Origin: Camelus ferus
Lineage: Eukaryota
Reading direction: 5' to 3'
DNA: 64,000 nucleotides
NCBI RefSeq assembly: GCF_009834535.1
Contig: NC_045698.1
Coordinates: 2,978,001 to 3,042,000, forward strand
The position numbers and the translations under genes were made by a program. Positions 1 to 13,588 of this stretch are shown here, in pieces (position 1 is the first letter of the stretch; each line of letters begins with the position of its first letter). The notes below the pieces were generated by a model. The model had not been told where the DNA came from, made no database searches, and saw only the letters and a program-made list of their open reading frames with translations.

Positions 1-344
1 TAGTCCCTGTCGCTTGAACTAAAATGAGCTTGAGTGACCCTTGGGGTGGGGTATTAAGGCATCCCTCTGTGTAGTCAGGTTTGAACCTATTGGACAGTTT
101 GTAGTTATTAAAATCTGAAGGCAATGTCAGAGTGAAAACAACAAATGAAAGATTCAGCAGCAACTGGATGGCTGAGACCTGGTTTGAGCCACCACAGAAG
201 CATCACCAGCCAGCGTCTGTGGACATCAGGCCAGATGCATTTACTCTGAGGGCTCAGCTCTGGTCTACAACATTGACTTTACTCTGTGTAATTGTGTTTT
301 AGTGCAATCTTCAAATACACATACATAGCTAAAAGTTACAGATA

Positions 345-348
<4 letters not shown>

Positions 349-387
<39 letters not shown>
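349..387. repeat. (AT)n microsatellite
   Basis: About 19 perfect AT units. Confidence 0.95.
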
Positions 388-390
<3 letters not shown>

Positions 391-635
391 AAACTATACT
401 TGCATTTCTCTTTTGGACAACAACCAATCACTGAGGACTCCCACAGCTCCAATAAAGGAAACTTCTATTGTGGAACAAATGATTATTACTTAAATGAGCT
501 CTCGTTTCAGTCCCTTGCAATTGTCTCACAAACCTGTCACACTATCAACCTAAACAACAAAACCAAAAATAAAATTTACCATGTGTTTATTTGCTGGGAT
601 ATTATTTCCTTGCAATATCTTTGTTCAATTCAAAG

Positions 636-849
636 AATATCGATTCCCTCAACGGTCTCAGTGACCACGCGGTGCAGCATCCAGCTGGTCACCCTCACGG
701 TCACAGGCATAAGTCGGCTTAATGCTGAGGTTATTGATTTTTATCAATCAAAGAAGCCTGAAGAGTTTGTCGAGGACACTCAGTTAAAGGAGTGTCGGTT
801 TATGGATGCCAATATTTCAATTTGTTTCTATCCAGCCCTGGAGAGTGAG
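636..849 (+). pseudogene. Candidate coding exon ISIPSTVSVTTRCSIQLVTLTVTGISRLNAEVIDFYQSKKPEEFVEDTQLKECRFMDANISICFYPALESE; may start as early as ~436
   Basis: Acceptor ttcaaag|, donor GAG|gtcagt, locally CpG-retaining. Lies in the longest ORF of the window (292-897), which is also open upstream, so the exon start is uncertain. Ends in phase 0. Confidence 0.7.
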
Positions 850-1514
850 GTCAGTAACAACATATTTTGGTTCCACTATTCTTCTAGACAGTCATAGTAA
901 ACCACAGATGGCCTGACCGTTCAGAACCCAGCCCAACGACTTCACATGTCACTTGGATGAACTGCAGGAGGCTTGAAAGGGGACAACTAACCATCTCAAA
1001 CGGAACTTGAAGTAATCAGTCTTCTTTTAAACAAAGCTCTATTTCATTTTTGTGTTAAATAAAAAAGGAACATGGAAGAGATTCACTAACACAATGTAGA
1101 AAGAAACCAAGCCCCAGAATCGTGTGCTTCAGACACCAGGAGTCAGGGATCCCCAGACCCCATTTTCCAGGAAGAGGTTTGAGTGCTAGGATTGCAGACA
1201 ACTTATTTTCTATTGTTCTAAGGTTTTAACATTCATCTAAGTGAATAAAATAAAACAAAGGAAAACAATCAATAGAACAAAAATATTTCTAGAATCCATT
1301 TTTTTTTTCCTTTTTGGTTGACACTGAGGCTCCCTTTTTTTCAGATACTTCTCTGATCTTTGTTCAGATTTATCCTCCAATCTCTGTTCTCTTCCTGCCT
1401 CTACCTCAAAAAAGAACCAAAGCAGAAACATAGCTTAGAAAAATGCTTATTTCCATTTAGTAATCAGCTCAAACTTCACCTTTAAAGGGAAATAAGAGAT
1501 ACACATTTGGGTGC

Positions 1515-1825
1515 TGTTACAGGTTGGATTGTGTCCCGCCACTAAAATTTATGTTGAAATCCTAACCCATGGACCTTAGAATGTGACCTTACTTGGAGGT
1601 AGGGTTTTTGAAGATGTAAGTAGTTAAAATGAGGCCGTTAAGGTAAATTCTAGCTCTATATAATTGATGTCCTTTTAAAAAGAAGAAATTTGGGCACAGG
1701 CATGCATGCCTGCAGGGAGAACACCGGGTGAAATGAAGGCAGAGATCTGTGTGATACAGCTACATGCCAGGGAACGCCAATGATCACCAGCAAACCGCCA
1801 GAAGCGAGGCTTCCAGAGCAAGGAC
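1515..1825 (+). mobile_element. MaLR LTR fragment (MLT1B/C-like), followed by an L2 3' end to ~1907
   Basis: tgttacaggttggattgtgtccc...agaatgtgaccttacttgga...atgaaggcagagat resembles MLT1; cagtgcctg...tcaataaatatttgtt resembles the L2 tail. Confidence 0.75.
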
Positions 1826-2839
1826 TGGGCCTTTTCATTTCCTCCCCATGCTCTAGTGTCTAACCCAGTGCCTGTTACATTTTAGGTGATCAATAAATAT
1901 TTGTTAAGTCATGTGGTAGTTAGGAGACACTTGAGATACCCCCCTCTAGAAATATTCTCAGAGTGCGTAAGAGTGAACAGAATGTTCTTTCCATGCGGTC
2001 TTCTACTATCGACACTTCTCTCTGTTGGATCAGTCGTCACCTGTACTGCTAGTCCTCTCCGAAATTCCCACAGGCTTCGGATAGTTTGAAGTCAAAGATT
2101 GTCATCCCACATTTTAATGCCCCAGGATCTTGTACAACACAAGGCATAGAGTGAGCGCTCAACACTCGTGAGGAGTGAGTCTTCCTTCTTTTAAATTTCA
2201 TGTGCTCTTGTATGTCTCTTGCATCTCATTTGTGTATCAACTGTAGCATGTGTTTGTGCCTAAATATCAGATGCTTTTCATATTCTAAGTCTTTGATGAG
2301 ACATGGCATTGCCTTAGAGATCTTTATGCCTCAGTCTTCTATGTTTCCTAGTGTATTTTAAAAGTTTGAACAGAAGAGCTTTTGTAAAAGCCCAGTAAGC
2401 ATCTATCAAGTAGACCCTTCACATATAATGACTACGATCTCTAGATAAATTAAAATAAAACAGGACAAAACACCCTGAGTGAACAAAGCAGGTGAATATG
2501 AAACAGTCTAAACAAACAGAAGGAGAGACATTTAAGGATATTTGCTATGCTACAGTTTTTTAGTTTGAGGACAAGCTATGCTCAATGTCATGCTTTGGCT
2601 AAAATTCTCAGAGGAAATCTTCAACCTCTCTGCACTGAAAAACCAGAAGAGCCAGTGTCCAAATAACGCATCATGAGAAACACCTGACTGGTCATTACTG
2701 GCTCTGAGCCAAAGATTTTGTCTTAAAAAGAACACATTTTGAATAATAACCCCATTTTCCAAATTTACCTTGCAGCTAAAGAAATTAAAACATGGTGTTA
2801 TGTAAGGATGGTCAGATAAAATCATTTGCTTCAATGGGA

Positions 2840-3900
2840 CGGAACTGAGAACACAGAAGCTGACTCGCTCACATATGTCCGGTTCATTTCCAACAAACGT
2901 ATGGCGGTAGCTCAGTGAGCAACAGACGGCTTTCTTGGAATGATTCTTGAACGAAACGTTGACTCACACAGAAAAAAATGAGTGTTGAGCCTCACCAGAC
3001 AAGCCACCCAGTTATCAAATGTATGGAATCAACTAGATGGGCTCTACAAAACTAAACGTAAAAGCTAGAACTGTAAGATTCCTAGGAGGGAAAATGTTCT
3101 CTGAGTTCTTAGGAAGGACAAAGATTTCTTAAACATTTTTCGGAAATTGTGAAACATGAAGAAATAATAATAAATTGTACTTTATCCAAATTAAAAGAAC
3201 ACTTTCTCAAAACACTATTAAGAGACAGAAAAGTCTACGCACGAGGAAAGGCTTGCAATACATTAATTAGATAAAATAATTATCCTTATAACATATTAAA
3301 AAAATTCTCACACCCCATTAGCAAATGAAGAAACAGTCCAACTAAAAGTGAGCGAATGTTTGGACAGACACCTGTTCAATGAAGGCATACAGGGCAAACA
3401 TGAACTGAAAAGATGTTTACGTTACTAGTCATCAGCGAAATGCAAATTATCAATAAGGTATCTGTAACAGCGCTGGAATGTAAAAAACCCATACGGCCAT
3501 TCGGAGGTAAATCAATAAACACAACGCGGTGTGTGGATACCATGGGGTCCCCCTTAGCAGTAAAAACAATGTACTAATAAAAGCAACAACATGGATGACC
3601 TCCCAGAGTTTTTCCTGAACAAAATAATCAAGGAACAAAGAAGGGCATACCAATTTTTTCCATTTATGTAAAATTCTTACACAGGGAAGATGAGTCTTTG
3701 ACGACAGAAAGCTGGATCGTGATGTTCTGGGCCCAGAAGTGGGCTGTGAGATTGATTCCAAAGAGGATGAAGAGAGCTTTTAGGGAGACAGGAATTTCCC
3801 TACTTGCTTATACTAAACCTTACATCAATGTACACAATTTTCAAAAATCATCGAATGGTACACTTAAAATGGGTGCAAAAATCACACCTTGATGTAGCTG
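2840..3900 (+). mobile_element. Old L1 (L1M-type) ORF2 3' and 3'UTR remnant
   Basis: A-rich, with degraded L1 motifs (aaatgcaaattat, gcaacaacatggatgacct, tacacttaaaatgggtgca). Confidence 0.7.
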
Positions 3901-5088
3901 ATTAAGTAAAAAAATAGTCGATTCTTTTCCACACACCCAACAGAGTGTTCGCAGAAGAGACTTTGGAATACCACTGCTGTTACTCCGGAAGTTCATTCCC
4001 AACAGATTGAAATTAAAAGCTGGAAAAACGTGGGTTCCCTGGTGGCTCTTCCCTGGAGCTCTGTGTTGGGTAGCAAACGTCCAGCGATCTCAACATCACA
4101 TTCCAGAGTTCAGTCCTTGTTCCCCTAAGTAAACCCAGTGTGTCAGGTCATGACTTTTGGGGAAGCCTCCAGCATGACCTCCAGGCGGTGACAAAATCAG
4201 CATTTCCCTACGGAGACCAGTGCTCCTGGGCTGACTCTTAGCTGCCCTCCTGGACGGTTCTCCTGTTCATGGACAATCAACCCACTTCTCCCAGTATATG
4301 CACAAATTTCCCTTTGGTGGGACTGAAACACCTGCATTGCACTCTTTATACATATCTTATGCACGCAGGAATTCTTCAGAAAATATGCATACTGTAGGAT
4401 TTATTCAAGGCAGAATGGACACATTGACATAAATTTTAAAAATATATTTCATGGGAGAGATTGACATACTTTTTAAAATACATTTCATAACATCCCACTC
4501 TTTCAATGTCTGTACCAGAGCAATTGTTGATATGCAGATGTACATCTGCCCACATGGATGGAAGCTCAGCGAGCATCTCTAGGTGCTGGACTAAAAACTA
4601 GAGTTACTATATTGAGTCATAATACACGATTGGTCCGTTTCTTTGTGGAACACTGGATTTAAAAAAGAAAAACAAACAGTCAAGACATCAGAACAAAAGC
4701 AAATGTATAGTTTGCTAGGAAGGTAAGGGACGCTGCTGTCTAAATCTTTCTTACGCGTGTATTTTCAGTGTTTAATGGTGGTTTATGCCCGTCCCTCCTA
4801 CCTCGGCTCTACTTTGCTCTCTTGCAAAGTAATGTTTTCTTTTTTCATTTTGACCGTATTTCTACAACTGCAGTCTTATCCTAGATTGATGAGGGAGATA
4901 AAATGCATAACGCCACGTGCACAGTAACTAACGCAGCTCTGCCGTGTCTGCCCTCCCTTACACTGGAAACATGCGAATAAAGCCAAGCAAAACAGAAACA
5001 GAAAATAAACTAAAAATCTCCCTTTCAGCAACATTTGAGTATTCTCCTTGCTATGTCTTGTCACATTTCTTATCTTTTTGTCCTTCAG

Positions 5089-5160
5089 GGAAATCTTCTG
5101 GAAGATACTGATTATTCCACAGTTTTAAGTGTTTTTCCTTTATATAACACATTACCCCAG
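5089..5160 (+). pseudogene. Candidate exon GNLLEDTDYSTVLSVFPLYNTLPQ (72 nt, phase 0-0)
   Basis: Strong acceptor ttatctttttgtccttcag| and strong donor CAG|gtaagg; open frame. Confidence 0.75.
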
Positions 5161-6269
5161 GTAAGGCTTTATTCTTCCACCAGTAAACGGAAAGGAAATT
5201 GCCAGTGACAGAAAACCACTCTTCAGTTGATTATCCCCAGACTTTCCCAGCGGCTGCTACAATGGCCAACCTCCTTTCAGGCTTCTGAAGGTCCTTTCAA
5301 ACCTGGTTTCTCCACCTCCCTCCTAAAATGAGATCCCAAGTCCTTTTTTAGAGCTGAGGTTTATTTTCCTCATATTCATATTATTCATAACAAAGCAGCA
5401 TTCCAGCCCTGAAGACTGTTCAAAGGAGAAACCTGACATCTGTGTACTACCTAACTAGAAACAAATTGATGAACTTCTGAAACACCCTTTGAAAATGAGT
5501 GCCAGCACCGTCGCCTTCCAGAGCAACTTTTATGCCTCCTCGTGGGATCCTAGAAACTGCTGTCAAGCTCCATTTTATTCCTTGTGTGGCCTGACAGTTC
5601 TAAGGGGAACGTGTATCCTAATTCTTCCAAATAAATTGGATTTCAGCCATTTTAAAATGAAAACACAGCTTCCGCTGAAGTTATAAACAGACCCTATTGA
5701 ATAAAGTATCAGCAGAGGCTCTTGCTGTTATCTCTTGCGGAGGTTCAGAACTGGAAGACAGCAATACGTTAATCACGTCTTTGTAGTTGCAGTAACGCAA
5801 ATTAATCAACAGCTAGATAGAATGTGAAAGTGGATTTCTTCCATCGAGAGTGCATCACATTTTTCTACCAAAAAGAGAAAAAGAAAAGAGAGGGAGGGTG
5901 GGAAGAATGGAGGGGCGAAGAAGGAGGAGAGGAGAGTTTGAGGCTATGAAGCATATTGTTAATTCAGATTCAAGACACAAAGGAAATAAACCTAAGACTT
6001 TTTAATAATTAACACACTCATTGGGAGATGCTATCCAATCACGTTGTTCCCGATTAATACATATGAATTCTAACTCCTAATGCCTATGTTTCAATATATA
6101 CAGGCTTGTGTTAGATTACTGGAACTTGGAAATATGTTAGAAAAAGAAAAGAGAAATACGTTTTCTCAGTAGGATGAAAGAATAAACATACACTTTAAGA
6201 AAACTAAGTTAGAATCAATTAAAAATGTAAATAATAATGCAAACTGATATTAGGCAAGAAAAGAACAGA

Positions 6270-8220
6270 AATAAAGGGGATCATAAATTAGAAGGAAAAA
6301 GTAAAACCATTTATTTTGTGGACAACACAATCCCACTGTAGACAATTCTAAGAACTCATCAAAAAAAAAAAAAAAACTATTAGAACTAATACTCAAGTAT
6401 AGTGAGGCTGCAAGTACACAAGATCAGTATGAAAAAACTGCTTTTTTTACAGACAGGCTATGAAAAATCCAGGAAAGAACTGAGAAACACATTTTTATTT
6501 ACAATTAGCATTAAAATAGTACAAAACTAAGGTAAACTTTTTAAAAGGGCCAAACTTGTACACTGAAAGTTATAATATTTTACTGAAAAACATTAAGGAA
6601 GATCTAAATAAATGGAGAATAATTCCATGTCCATAGATTGGAAAAGTCAGTATTATTAAGGTGGAAGTGGGGTGAGATAGGGGAATGGGATTAAGAGACA
6701 CAGACTACTCTGTATAAAATAAATAAGCAACAAGGATATATTGTACAGCACAGGGAAATATAGCCATCATTTTGCAATAATTTTAAATGTAGGGTAAACT
6801 ATAAAATATTGAATCACCACATTGTACACTTGAAAGTAATATAATATTGTAAATAATCTACACTTCAATAAAAAAGAAAATACAAGACAAAAAAAATGGC
6901 AATTCACCTCAAAATGTTCTGTAGAATCAATGGAATATCAAATTTTTATCAAATGTCTGATAGGATTTTTCCCAAAATTGACCATGTTAAAATGTATATG
7001 AAAATTCAAGTTTACCTAGAAAACATAAAATAATTTGAAAAAAATGTCTTAATTGGAGAACTTTTGCTTACTGATTTCAAAATTTACTATAAAGCTACAA
7101 TCATCTAGGGACTGTGGTACTGGCACAAGGATATGCATGTAGATTAAGGAAATAGAACTGACGTTCCAGAAAAAAAAAAAATCCGTATATTTACAGTCAA
7201 TTCCCTTTTGACAAAAGTGTCATCGTTGAGAACAAATGTTCTCTTCAACAAATGGTGCTGGGGCAATTAGATCTACATACAAAAGAGGTGAACTTAGACC
7301 CTCACTTCACATGATACAAATTAATTCAAAATGGATCATACAGTTATATACTAGAGCTAAAATAAAACTTTTAGAAGAAAACAAAGGGGAAAAGTCTTCA
7401 AGATTTTGGGTTAGAAAAATGTCCCCTAGATATGATATCAAAATAATGGTCCAGCAAAAAAGAATGTGACAATGAATGTATGTATGTTTATGTATAACTG
7501 AAAAATTGTGCTCTACACTGGAATTTGACACAAAATTGTGAAAGGATTATAAATCAATAAAAAAATGTTACAATAATAATGGTCCATAAAAGAAAAAAAA
7601 TTGTACTGCCTCAAAATTTGAAGCATTTTCTCTTCAATAGATAGCATTAAGAAAGTTAAAAGACAAGAAGCAAACTTGGAGTAAATATTTTCAAAACCAC
7701 TATCCATTAAAGAACTCATATCCAGAATTTACACAGAACTCTTACAACTCAATAATAATAAGGTAAACAATTCAATCAAATAACAGGCAGCACAAACCAA
7801 AAACCAAAAACAACCCAACTGAAAATAAGTGAATGATTTAAACATTTCATCAGAGAACATATATAGAAAGCAAGTAAGTACAAAAAAAAAAAAATGCTCA
7901 ACACCATCAATCATTACATTAATGCAAATTAAAACTGCAATGAGATACTATTACACACACATTAGAATGGCTCTATTTACAAACACTAACCATATCAAAT
8001 TCGAGTGGGTATATGGAGGAACTGGAACTCTCCTGAACTGCTGGTGGAATGTGACGTGTACATTGACTTTGGAAAACAGTATGGTAGTCTGCTAAAAAGT
8101 TAGCCCTGCACCCAACACATGAACAAGTCCTTCTAATCCTAGGTATTTATAAGACCAAAGCATACATCTACATGATGACTTCTACATGAGTGTTCACAGC
8201 AGCTTTAATTTAGTAACCAC
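6270..8220 (+). mobile_element. Degraded L1 ORF2 fragment with a younger L1 3' end nested at ~6660-6897
   Basis: L1 ORF2 motifs (aactattagaactaat, tactataaagctacaatcat, aacaaatggtgctggggc, aatgcaaattaaaactgcaatgagatac). The nested piece ends aatctacacttcaataaaaaag. Confidence 0.85.
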
Positions 8221-8489
8221 AGCCTACCACATCTTCAAAGATGTGTTTCATTGACAACGAAACAACAGTCAGGAGATGAGAGAAAGAAGACACAGAGAAA
8301 GGACATTCTCTTTTAAGCACCTTGGACCAGAAGTAACACGATTCTTACACTCACACTGGTGTGGGCAATAGAAGCATGGCGCCACCTAGATGCAGAGTAG
8401 CTGGAAGATAAGTTTGAGCTGTGTGCCCGGGAAGAAGAAGACGTTTGGTGAGCATCTAAACAGCAGAAGCATAACTACACCAGCCAAGG

Positions 8490-9150
8490 TCACCAGCAGT
8501 ATTACTGCAGTTGTATCCCAGTAGGTCCTCTGCTTCCGCTCTCTGCTTCCTCTAAACCCATTTTCCACACAGCAGCCAGAGTGGTACATGCAAAAGCAGA
8601 ATTATAATACGCCAGTTCCCTGGGTAAATCTACACTAGCCACCTCCATCGCTCCCAGTGAAAGCCAGGCATCGCAGTGGCCTGGAGGCCTTCTCTCGACG
8701 TGACCCAGCATTGGCCGCTACCCCTTCTCACCAGTGTCCTCGCTGTAGTCCCCCCCCCCCCGCCGTATGCAGGGCCTGCGAGTCGGGCCCCGTCTCTGGG
8801 TCTTTGCACTCACATCCTTGGCTGGGACGCCTGTTTCTCAAGTCTAACCAAAGGGCATCACCATTCCCTTCAGGACGATGCCATCAGCAAGGCGTTCCCC
8901 AGCCACCACACACAAAACTGTAACTGCCCCAAATTTGCACTCCCATTTTTTTACATTATTTTATATTTGCCAAAATGCTTCTCACCATTTTATATACATT
9001 TATGTTTTTGTTTGTTTTTGTCTATTTAGTCCATGAAAACATAAGCCCCATAAAACCAGGCTCTAGGTGTGTGCACCTCATTGCTAGAAGAGGGACTGGA
9101 GCTCAGTCAGCATTATGGAGAGAACACATTAATGAATGAGTGAGTGAATA
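8490..9150 (+). mobile_element. L2 remnant, preceded by an MLT1-like fragment at ~8230-8470
   Basis: ccattttccacacagcagccagagtg and the tail taatgaatgagtgagtgaataaa. Confidence 0.65.
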
Positions 9151-10334
9151 AACTCTGAGGTCAATTAAAATAACCATATTGTTCACTCAAAGCCCACTTG
9201 AGATTTATGTCCAGCTGAGATCAAACACTAAAATCTAAGATTCTGAAGGTTACCTGGGACCAACCTCAAGGGTTACTATATCCCTTAGAGCCCCAGTAAG
9301 AAATTTAAGGCACACTCAAAATGAGATAATTTGGGAAGACTTTAATTAAAGGTTACTTATAATGGTGTGAGTAGATTTCAGGGAATCATGGAGACAGTGC
9401 AACATCTAAAGCTGGTAACAGCCAGGCTTCGTTCCTGTCTGCAAAGACTGAAGAACCACTGGAAGGCAGCTACTGGAAACCAGATAAAGGGTGGTGTGTA
9501 CCAGGACAACTATCTGAATCAGTAACCTGCCCTTCAGGGACACAGCTAGCCACGGAAACACCCCCAGGAAGAATGCTGCAGCCTTGCTCTCTGAGTTCCC
9601 TCCAAATCGCTGTTGGTTCTCTCTCCTGGATGAACTCATGGTAAGCTACAGGGTAAAGGAACTCAGTGATGCAGTTCAAGCTGCTCAGCTTGCCTGAGCA
9701 CAGGTCAAGCTAGCGTGGTGTGGAGAGCAGGTGGGAGCACCACAGAGAAGACGCATAGCCCAATCACGTGCTTGCCTAGGCTTGGCTCTATCAAGGCCAC
9801 GTGACATTGGGGTGGGGGAAGATTTAAAAGGAAGAAAGGACTGAGACAAAGAGGCACCTTGGAAGAGTGATACTGAGTTTATCACTTTCTGTAAAAGCTT
9901 TGGACTTCTCAAGAGATACAGCTGCAAAACCCAAGGGGAGTGAGACAGAGAGGAAGTTAAAAAAAATAGAACATTCTTATTAGAGGTCCTACTCCATTTC
10001 TAGAGGCTCTACTCCACTCTAGATTCCCAGACTTATTCTGGACCCAATGCAAACATAACATTGCCACGCTGTAGAAAAGGCAGTAATGTGCGATCTCTTG
10101 CAGAGACACATGCAATCTTAGCCCTGTTCATCATACCACCTTCAAGGAGACTACAGGTGCAAGGAAGTTCCCTACCCTGAGTCGTAACCACATCTCTCCC
10201 AAAGAGACGAAAGCCTGAGTTGGAGTCCACCCAGAGTACAAGTCAGGAACAAGGCAGAGGCAGATTCTGAGCCAAAGGCAAACTTAGGATAAACACACGG
10301 CAGAATTATTGGACTTCAGTTCTTTTCACATCAG

Positions 10335-10397
10335 ATGGACCGACTTTACCATTACCTTCCCCTAGAGAAAAGTGTCACCATTTACTTGATTGCTGAG
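10335..10397 (+). pseudogene. Candidate exon MDRLYHYLPLEKSVTIYLIAE (63 nt, phase 0-0)
   Basis: Acceptor ttcttttcacatcag|, donor GAG|gtagag; open frame. Confidence 0.55.
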
Positions 10398-10640
10398 GTA
10401 GAGAGTGTGTTTCAGAAATAGTTGTCAAGCAGTAGAATTCAAAGTTGAGAGTTGGAAGGTTAGACGCAGAGCCAAACACAGACTAAAACACCAGGAAAGA
10501 CAAGAACGAAACAGAAAACAGGCACTGCCAAACAGCCTTGAGCCTGGAATGTAGGGTTTGCCTGTCCAAAGCCTTGAGGTTCCCTAAATCCTCTCCAACA
10601 AAAGCTATGCTGCTTTTTTATGCTAAATATTTTGTAAGAG

Positions 10641-10821
10641 ATTGGGTTTGAGAACATAGTATCATTGGATTCCAGGAAAGTGTCCAAAGCAATTAAACAA
10701 GAAACACTTTATTTAATATTCTGCGTAGTTGAAGATATATGTAATTAAAGATAAACACTTTTTTTAATTGCATATGGATAAGAAAAAATGTGCAATCCTT
10801 TTATTAACATTGATATTGGAG
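10641..10821 (+). pseudogene. Candidate disrupted exon IGFENIVSLDSRKVSKAIKQETLYLIFCVVEDICN*R*TLFLIAYG*EKMCNPFINIDIG (phase 0-1)
   Basis: Donor GAG|gtaaaa; weak acceptor ttttgtaagag|. The 181 nt give the phase 0 to 1 transition the neighbours need. TAA stops at 10746, 10752 and 10779. Confidence 0.4.
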
Positions 10822-11117
10822 GTAAAAGAAGCCTTTATTAACCCTTTCTCTACTTCTTCAACAAGTGTGCTTTAAAATGTCTTTGTCCCTAGCATATAGC
10901 ACTGGCCGCTCAAATACGTAGGGACAGGAGCACACTCAGCAGTGTGCCATCCAGTGTTGCCCACTATACATGCCAAGTTGGACCTGTCCTAGGACAGCTT
11001 GCTAGCTACATAAAAATCAGACCTCCCTCTCATCCAACAATGTCCAGCAAACATTTATTTGTCACTATGGAGTGCCAGTCTCTCTAATAGTTATTAATTC
11101 TATGCCGCCTCATATAG

Positions 11118-11193
11118 AAATGCTGCAAGTGAACGCTGTAGAGATGCTCCAGTATGTTTCAGTGACTCTGGGACCACATTCTGTCACATTCTG
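11118..11193 (+). pseudogene. Candidate exon (E)MLQVNAVEMLQYVSVTLGPHSVTF(W) (76 nt, phase 1-2)
   Basis: Acceptor cctcatatag|, donor CTG|gtaaat. Terminal TG plus the first G of the next exon forms TGG. Confidence 0.6.
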
Positions 11194-11349
11194 GTAAATT
11201 ACGAACACAAGATCCTTGTAATTCCTTCCTAGCTCAGGAGAAGGAAAAGCTGATTTGTGAGGTAGGGAGGGAGAGGTGACATCCTCCTGCCCAGTGTGCT
11301 CATCGAGGACAGGGAAACGTGTGTGAAGCCCTCAATAGCTCATTATGTT

Positions 11350-12490
11350 AATGGAAGTTATAGATCTAGATAAATTTTTATATAAGTTTATGTGGATATA
11401 TAGAGCTATAGATGTAAATAATATAAATATAAAGGATATAGATGTAGATGCAGAGTTGGGTATATGTATATGTGTGTGTATATGTCTATGTATGTGCATA
11501 CACATTAGGTATAGAGATGAATACAGATGTGGATGCTGATGCTAATGTCAATGCCAACATAGACATAGAAACAGATATAAAGACAAACATAGATGAGATA
11601 GAGATATAAATGTAGATGCTGATGGCAAAGTCAATACAGATACAGATTAGCTATGAACACATAATAGATGGAAAGATAGATAGATAGATGTAGGTGTGGA
11701 TTTGCATTTTTTTGTAGATGTGTATGAGCACCTGAAAATGTAAATGTCAATACAGATAAAGATATAAGTTAGGTAGAAATGTAGACATCGATGTCAATGT
11801 TGACACTGACATTGATATTGTATGGATACATGGATTTGATATAGACAAGGACACAAGCATAGATGGAATACAGATGGAGAGAGAGAGAGATATGGAAATT
11901 AATATACATCTAGTTGATGGTTACATGGGAATAAACATATTCATAGACATAGATTAGATATATAAATAAAAATATAGATGCAGATAGCAATATAGATGGC
12001 AATGCTGATGCCAGTATCTATATATTAAAATAGACATAGATGCATATACAGAATTAATGTCTATGCCAACGTATATATTTATATCAATGTATAGATAAAG
12101 ATATGCAGAGATGTAGACATAGATTATATACATGTAGATGCACATGATGATATTGATGTTGTTATGGATATAGGCATGTATTAGGTACAGAAATCAGTGA
12201 TGTTGATGCCGATACAGATAGAGACTGAGACTAGGTATAGACTTAGATACAGATATACACGTAGATATTGGTAATTATACCTATGTAGGTATAGACAGAG
12301 GCATTGACTAGAAGCAGAAATGGATAAAAATGTAGATAGAAGTCAATGTCAATGTTGATGTCAGTATCAACACAGATCAGCACAAACTTAGATTAGGTGT
12401 GGAAATAGCTACGGATGAAGTCAATGTAGGTGCTGACGTGGATGCTGAGATAGGTGACAGACTGATGATATCGATACTGACATACATAGA
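11350..12490. repeat. ~1.1-kb degenerate hexamer (ATAGAT-like) simple-repeat field
   Basis: Recurring atagat/gtagat/atagac/acagat/gtcaat/gctgat units with strong strand asymmetry. Confidence 0.85.
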
Positions 12491-12594
12491 CTCTCCCCGC
12501 ATTGCATTTGTCGGCCTTTGAAAGTCAAAATGAACAAGCTTAGAAACTCTTGCTTATTTTTATTTATTAATTTCCTTCCTCAAATTACACAAAG

Positions 12595-12634
12595 GAGTCC
12601 AGTCTGTATTACAAACCAAGTTAAACTGCCCTTC
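12595..12634 (+). pseudogene. Candidate exon SPVCITNQVKLPF (40 nt, phase 2-0)
   Basis: Long pyrimidine tract followed by acacaaag|; donor TTC|gtgagt. Confidence 0.6.
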
Positions 12635-13142
12635 GTGAGTATTCAAGAGAAAGATGCAATGAAGCGAGACCTGACCAACACACATGTCAGCATGGCTAAA
12701 GCCCAACCTGGAGGAAGCAAAGGACGAGCAGGACCCTTCCCAGAACGATGGCATTAGAAAAAGAGAAGTTAGCCATCCAGCACAAGTCCAAGGCCACACT
12801 GATTCAGGATGGTTGATTATTGTAATTACATACTTACAAAGAGCTCACAAATACATGCACACACACAGATGAGTGCCGTGAACCCTTGAAAGAACAGGTT
12901 TGGCTTTATCATCTGAATTTCCCAGAAGGTAGGAGAGCTATCTTGCACGTGTCTCTGAAAACCTGAAGCATTCAAGAAAGAGGCTTGCCTGCCTGAGTTT
13001 TACACATGCGGAAGTGATAGGCTTGCCTTCCCCTCAAAAAATAGATACTCACAAATTTCAAAAACTTAAAAATACAGTATTGTCATTGGTAGCAGTACTT
13101 CTCCTAAAATGTCTACATCTTTATGGAAACACGCTTTTATAG

Positions 13143-13223
13143 AAGGAGACAATTAGAAAAGTCAGCAAGAGAAAGATACGATGTGTCGAAGAGGAACTAT
13201 GGAAACACAATTCCATATTCAGC
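13143..13223 (+). pseudogene. Candidate exon KETIRKVSKRKIRCVEEELWKHNSIFS (81 nt, phase 0-0)
   Basis: Acceptor cgcttttatag|, donor AGC|gtgagc; purine-rich open frame. Confidence 0.65.
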
Positions 13224-13588
13224 GTGAGCCCCTTCAACTGTCTCTGTGGCATTAGTGCCGAGGTCTACAGCTTGCAAATTCTTTAACGTTAAAATACTGC
13301 ACACGCCTAATTTCCTGTGACTCATGTATTCCTCCTGCGTGTACCACGGGCTGTCAGCTGCTGTAACGGGCCAGCCCATCACCAGCTTGTGGAGAAAGAT
13401 GCCCTTTAAACTTCCTCACAGTGCTTGCATTTGTATTTCAGAAGTAAATATTAGGGCAAGAGCCAGGCTATGTCCTTTTCTATTTTCTTGCATCCTTCAC
13501 CTTGCTGTCTTGATTTGTTTTGTTTTTTATTCATTGTGTTTATTATTTTTATTACGTCTTTAATCTTCATTACATTGAGATTAACCAG

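Noticed and set aside
292..897. 201-aa ORF as a single-exon gene
   Set aside because: Its N-terminus runs through an (AT)n repeat (YIYIYI); it is better explained as an internal exon ending at the donor after 849.
2556..2666. Possible exon FFSLRTSYAQCHALAKILRGNLQPLCTEKPEEPVSK* in phase with the 849 donor
   Set aside because: The acceptor is weak, there is no good donor, and it ends in a stop before better-supported downstream exons. It cannot be excluded as an alternative terminal exon.
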